A stretch of DNA of 64,000 nt from positions 11,718,001-11,782,000 of the forward strand of contig OZ024754.1 in the NCBI GenBank assembly GCA_964016885.1, given 5' to 3'. How positions within the stretch are numbered: position 1 is the first letter of the stretch; each line of letters opens with the position of its first letter. The notes beneath the pieces were generated by a model that saw only the letters and a list, made by a program, of their open reading frames with translations, was not told where the DNA came from and made no database searches. Shown piece after piece: positions 53,304-64,000 of this stretch. Origin of the DNA: Eledone cirrhosa (taxonomy: Eukaryota). A program made the translations under genes and the position numbers.

Positions 53304-53312
<9 letters not shown>
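52777..53312. mobile_element. Fold-back palindromic element (arms 52910-53312, left extension 52777-52909) in (TA)n
   Basis: About 198-bp inverted arms around gtcttca-gaaaaa-tgaagac. Confidence 0.75.
52971..53111 (-). ncRNA. Hammerhead-like motif with very long stem II
   Basis: ttt CTGAAGA c tgcgtatatatgagttagg...(about 115 nt, self-complementary)...taacacatatatacccta GAAA c-gatc-g TT aaa; the base of stem II is imperfect. Confidence 0.45.
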
Positions 53313-53336
<24 letters not shown>

Positions 53337-53377
53337 GCATATATATATATATATATATGCATATATATATATATATA

Positions 53378-53413
<36 letters not shown>

Positions 53414-53508
53414 TATATATATATATATATATATGCATATATATATATATATATATATGCATATATATATATATATATATGCATATATATATACTATATA
53501 TATATATA

Positions 53509-53688
<180 letters not shown>

Positions 53689-53758
53689 TATATATATATA
53701 TATATATATGCATATATATATATATATATATATATGCATATATATATATATATATATA

Positions 53759-53904
<146 letters not shown>

Positions 53905-54122
53905 TATATATATATATATATATGCATATATATATATATATATATATATTGCATATATATATATATATATATATATGCATATATATATATATATATATAT
54001 GCATATATATATATATATATATGCATATATATATATATATATATATGCATATATATATATATATATATATGCATATATATATATATATATATATGCATAT
54101 ATATATATGCATATATATATGC

Positions 54123-54158
<36 letters not shown>

Positions 54159-54425
54159 GCATATATATATGCATATATATATATATATGCATATATATAT
54201 ATATATATATGCATATATATATGCATATATATATGCATATATATATATATATGCATATATATATGCATATATATATGCATATATATATATATATATATAT
54301 ATATGCATATATATATATATATATGCATATATATATGCATATATATATGCATATATAAATGCATATATATATATATATATATATATATGCATATATAAAT
54401 GCATATATATATATATATATATATA

Positions 54426-55048
<623 letters not shown>

Positions 55049-55164
55049 ATATATATATATATATATGCATATATATATATATATATATATATGCATATAT
55101 ATATATATATATGCATATATATATATGCATATATATATATATATATACATATAAATATATATGC

Positions 55165-55199
<35 letters not shown>

Positions 55200-55305
55200 C
55201 ATATAAATATATATGCATATATATATATATACATATAAATATATATGCATATATATATATATACATATAAATATATATGCATATATATATATATATACAT
55301 ATATA

Positions 55306-55346
<41 letters not shown>

Positions 55347-55353
55347 ATATATA

Positions 55354-55389
<36 letters not shown>

Positions 55390-55446
55390 TATATGCATAT
55401 AAATATATATGCATATATATATATATATATATATTATAAATATATA

Positions 55447-55484
<38 letters not shown>

Positions 55485-55488
55485 TATA

Positions 55489-55524
<36 letters not shown>

Positions 55525-55528
55525 TATA

Positions 55529-55614
<86 letters not shown>

Positions 55615-55673
55615 ATATATATATATATATATATATACATATAAATATATTATATATATATATATATATATAC

Positions 55674-55711
<38 letters not shown>

Positions 55712-55776
55712 ATATATATATACATATAAATATATATATACATATAAATATATATATACATATAAATATATATGCA

Positions 55777-55816
<40 letters not shown>

Positions 55817-55830
55817 CATATAAATATATA

Positions 55831-55877
<47 letters not shown>

Positions 55878-55916
55878 TATGCATATATATATATATATAT
55901 ATATACATATATATGC

Positions 55917-55957
<41 letters not shown>

Positions 55958-55968
55958 CATATATATGC

Positions 55969-56002
<34 letters not shown>

Positions 56003-56009
56003 ATATATA

Positions 56010-56058
<49 letters not shown>

Positions 56059-56104
56059 ATATATATGCATATATATATATATATATACATATAAATATAT
56101 ATGC

Positions 56105-56136
<32 letters not shown>

Positions 56137-56143
56137 ATATATA

Positions 56144-56178
<35 letters not shown>

Positions 56179-56226
56179 TATACATATAAATATATATGCA
56201 TATATATATATGCATATAAATATATA

Positions 56227-56285
<59 letters not shown>

Positions 56286-56963
56286 ATATATATTATATAT
56301 ACATATATACATATATATATATACATATATACATATATATATACATATATATATATATACATATACATATATATATATACATATATATATATACATATAT
56401 ATATATACATATATATATACATATATATATATACATATATATAATATACATTATATATATACATATATATAATATATACATATATATATATATACATATA
56501 CATATACATATATTATACAAATACATATACATATATTTATACATATACATATACATATATATACATATACATATATATACAATATACATATATATACATA
56601 TACATATATATATATACATATACATATATATATACATATATATACATATATATATATACATATATATATACATATATACATATATATATACATATATATA
56701 CATATATATATATACATATATATATACATATAATATACATATATATATATACATATATATATACATATATATATACACAATATATACATATATATATACA
56801 TATATATATACATATATATACATATATATATACATATATATATAACATATATATATACATATATATATACATATATATACATATATATATACATATATAT
56901 ATACATATATATATACATATATATATACATATATATATACATATATATACATATATAATATAC

Positions 56964-57030
<67 letters not shown>

Positions 57031-57055
57031 CACATATATATATATATATATACAC

Positions 57056-57101
<46 letters not shown>

Positions 57102-57140
57102 ATACATATACATATACATACATATATGTATATATATACA

Positions 57141-57215
<75 letters not shown>

Positions 57216-57217
57216 AT

Positions 57218-57253
<36 letters not shown>

Positions 57254-57339
57254 TATATATATATACATATACATATATATATATACATATACATATATAC
57301 ATATATGTATACATATATATATACATATATATACATATT

Positions 57340-57373
<34 letters not shown>

Positions 57374-57520
57374 ATATATATACATATATACATATATATA
57401 TATACATATATATATATACATATATATATATACATATACATATATTATATAATATATATACATATATATATATATATACATATATATATAATATATATAT
57501 ACATATATATATATACATAC

Positions 57521-57591
<71 letters not shown>

Positions 57592-57870
57592 CATATACAC
57601 ATGTATATACATATACACATATATATACATATATACATATATATACATATACACATATATATACATATACACATATATATACATATACACATATATATAC
57701 ATATACATATATATATACATATACATATATATATACATATATACATATATATACATATATACATATATATACATATATACATATATACATATATACATAT
57801 ATACATATATATATATACATATATATATATATACATATACATATATATATATACATATAAATATATATGC

Positions 57871-57904
<34 letters not shown>

Positions 57905-57944
57905 ATATATATGCATATATATATATGCATATAAATATATATGC

Positions 57945-57998
<54 letters not shown>

Positions 57999-58481
57999 AT
58001 ATATATATATATACATATATACATATATATATATACATATATACATATATATATACATATATATATATATACATATACATATATATATATATATATATAC
58101 AATATATATATTAACATATATATATATATATATACATATACACATGTATATACATATACACATATATATACATATATACATATATATACATATACACATA
58201 TATATACATATACACATATATATACATATACATATATATATACATATATACATATATATACATATATACATATATATACATATATACATATATACATATA
58301 TATATACATATATACATATATACATATATATATATACATATATATATATATACATATACATATTGAGCTCAGCTGTCGGGGGTCTTACTGGTTCCTATTA
58401 CCCACTCTACTACTTCAAGTATTGAGTACTTTGGTGCGTTATGGTCCACCTGGTTCCTTACCACATTTCCTTCGTTATATA

Positions 58482-58513
<32 letters not shown>

Positions 58514-58555
58514 ATAAATAACAAAGAACGCTTATAGCATATGCATATCTTTACT

Positions 58556-58601
58556 TGCTAACATTGTTTCATCCGCACTATAAGTGGGACTCATCAGAGC
58601 A
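58556..58601 (-). ncRNA. Minimal type I hammerhead ribozyme motif
   Basis: Reverse complement: tgct CTGATGA gtcccact-tat-agtgcggat GAAA c-aat-g TT agca. Stem I tgct/agca, stem II, GUU triplet. Confidence 0.72.
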
Positions 58602-59115
58602 TAAAGGTTAATTACATACCATACAAGCAATAACAAATCCAAGACATTGAAGAATGAAAGGTAATAATAGACGATAAAGGATAAGAATAAAAATAAAAGT
58701 AAAAATAAAAATAAAAATAAAAATAAAAATAAAAATAAAAATAAAAATAAGGGGTGCTATCAGTCACAGTTGGGCGGGGTGCTGTCAACATATAGTTACA
58801 TACAAGCATACACATGGATAAGAGAACAGACAAGAGTAGACACATGGATAAGAGAACAGACAAGAGTAGATAAGATAATGGGATTAGGTAAGAGTAGGTA
58901 AAAAATAGGTAAAAAATAGGTGAAAAACAGACTTATAATATATATTAAAAAGAAATACAAATACAAATACAAATATGCATATATATATATGCATATATAT
59001 ATATACATATATATATGCATATATATATATACATATATATATGCATATATATATATATGCATATATATATATATGCATATATTTATATGCATATATATAT
59101 ATATATATATATGCA

Positions 59116-59147
<32 letters not shown>

Positions 59148-59325
59148 CATATATATATATATATTTCGTTTCTGAATTTGTTTAGCAAGATTCTTTATCT
59201 GAAATCGTGTGTTGAAACCGATATTGTTATACATGACCCTCCCAAAGTATAACAATATATATATATACATATATATATATACATATATATATACATATAT
59301 ATATACATACATATATATATATACA

Positions 59326-59436
<111 letters not shown>

Positions 59437-59450
59437 ATATATATACATAC

Positions 59451-59493
<43 letters not shown>

Positions 59494-59599
59494 TATGCAA
59501 AGTATGGGTGCATAAAAGATGTAGTGGGATCACAGGTAAGCTAACTAAGAACATAGATTTTATGTGGCCGGTGTTCTGGTGCAATAAGTAGCAGCAAGT

Positions 59600-60590
59600 G
59601 CCCACAAAATACTAGCTCTTTCAATTGTGCAGAGGGTTCTATAGAAATAGTGGACAGCTTCCGTTACCTGGGCGATAAAATCAGCAGTGGGGGAGGGTGC
59701 TCTGAAAGTACTGTAGCTAGAGTCAGAACTGGTTGGAAAAAGTTCAGAGAGCTTATACCACTATTAGCTGCTAAAGGGTTCTCCCTAAAAATGAAAGGCA
59801 GGTTGTACGATGCCTGCATACGAACAGCAATGTTGCATGGCAGTGAGACCTGGGCATTGTGTGCAGAGGATATACGCAGACTAGAGAGGAACGAAGCTTG
59901 CATGCTCCGCTGGATGTGTAACAGTAATATACGTGAACGGCAAAGCATAAACGAACTAAGGAAAAAATTAGAGATAAGAGGGATCAGATGTTGTTTACTC
60001 GAGAGAAGTCTACGTTGGTATGGACACGTGATGCGCATGAAAGTCGATAGCTGTATAACAAAGTGCAGGGCAATAAAGATAGACGGTAATCACGGAATAG
60101 GCAGACCTAGAAAAACCTGGGACGAGCTGATAAACTCCGACCTCTCACACACTTACACCTCTCCAAGACAATGTCACTGGACCGAGACCTTTGGCGGTAC
60201 TCAGTAACAGAGAAGACCCGCCTTGCCAGTAGGCATCTCTAACAAAATACACCCCGAACCGCCACCACCCCCACCCATCCACACCACCCCGTCCTATGTA
60301 AAGTTATGTTGGTGCCGCGCCATCCAGGCCGAAACAAACGAGATCGTGTAGGTGTCACGACAAAAAAACAACACAGTCCACGCTGTAATGTGGCCGTGTA
60401 GGCAACACGGTAAAAACCTCCCAGACCCACACTGTAAATGTGGTTGGTGTTAGGAAGGGCATCCAACTGTAGAAAACCTGCCAGACAGTCCTATGCGAGC
60501 AAGACAATCACTCTTGCCTCAAGTGGGACTACCCCCGTCCAAACCCATGCAAGCGTGGAACACGGACGTTAAACGTTGATGATGATGATG
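59600..60590 (+). mobile_element. RTE-clade LINE 3' fragment (RT C-terminus, 3'UTR, (GAT)n tail)
   Basis: DSFRYLGD...MLHGSETW...LRWYGHVMRM...GRPRKTW; tail ggacgttaaacgttgatgatgat. Confidence 0.9.

Positions 60591-64000
<3,410 letters not shown>

Overview
Eukaryotic, very AT-rich and repeat-dense genomic DNA. The SINE/RTE tails and the huge (TA)n tracts suggest a cephalopod, probably an octopod; this is inference. The window holds two convergent protein-coding genes. The first is a single-exon Hsp110/HSPA4-type chaperone (4827-7319, +) with a heat-shock-element-like site upstream. The second is an Abl-interactor (Abi) gene on the minus strand, with five exons traced by splice sites and phase (45448 down to 21199); its first exon was not found in the window. 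The remainder is tRNA-type SINEs, RTE and CR1/L2 LINE fragments, piggyBac/hAT/Tc1-type MITEs, several minisatellites and about 10 kb of degenerate (TA)n. The most notable signal is a set of mutually unrelated long fold-back palindromes sitting in (TA)n tracts, each with a short one-sided extension. Several carry minimal hammerhead-ribozyme cores (CUGANGA-stem II-GAAA-short stem III-NUH), and a stand-alone hammerhead lies at 58556-58601. These look like non-coding, ribozyme-bearing, TA-targeting retroelements of the Penelope pLTR type.
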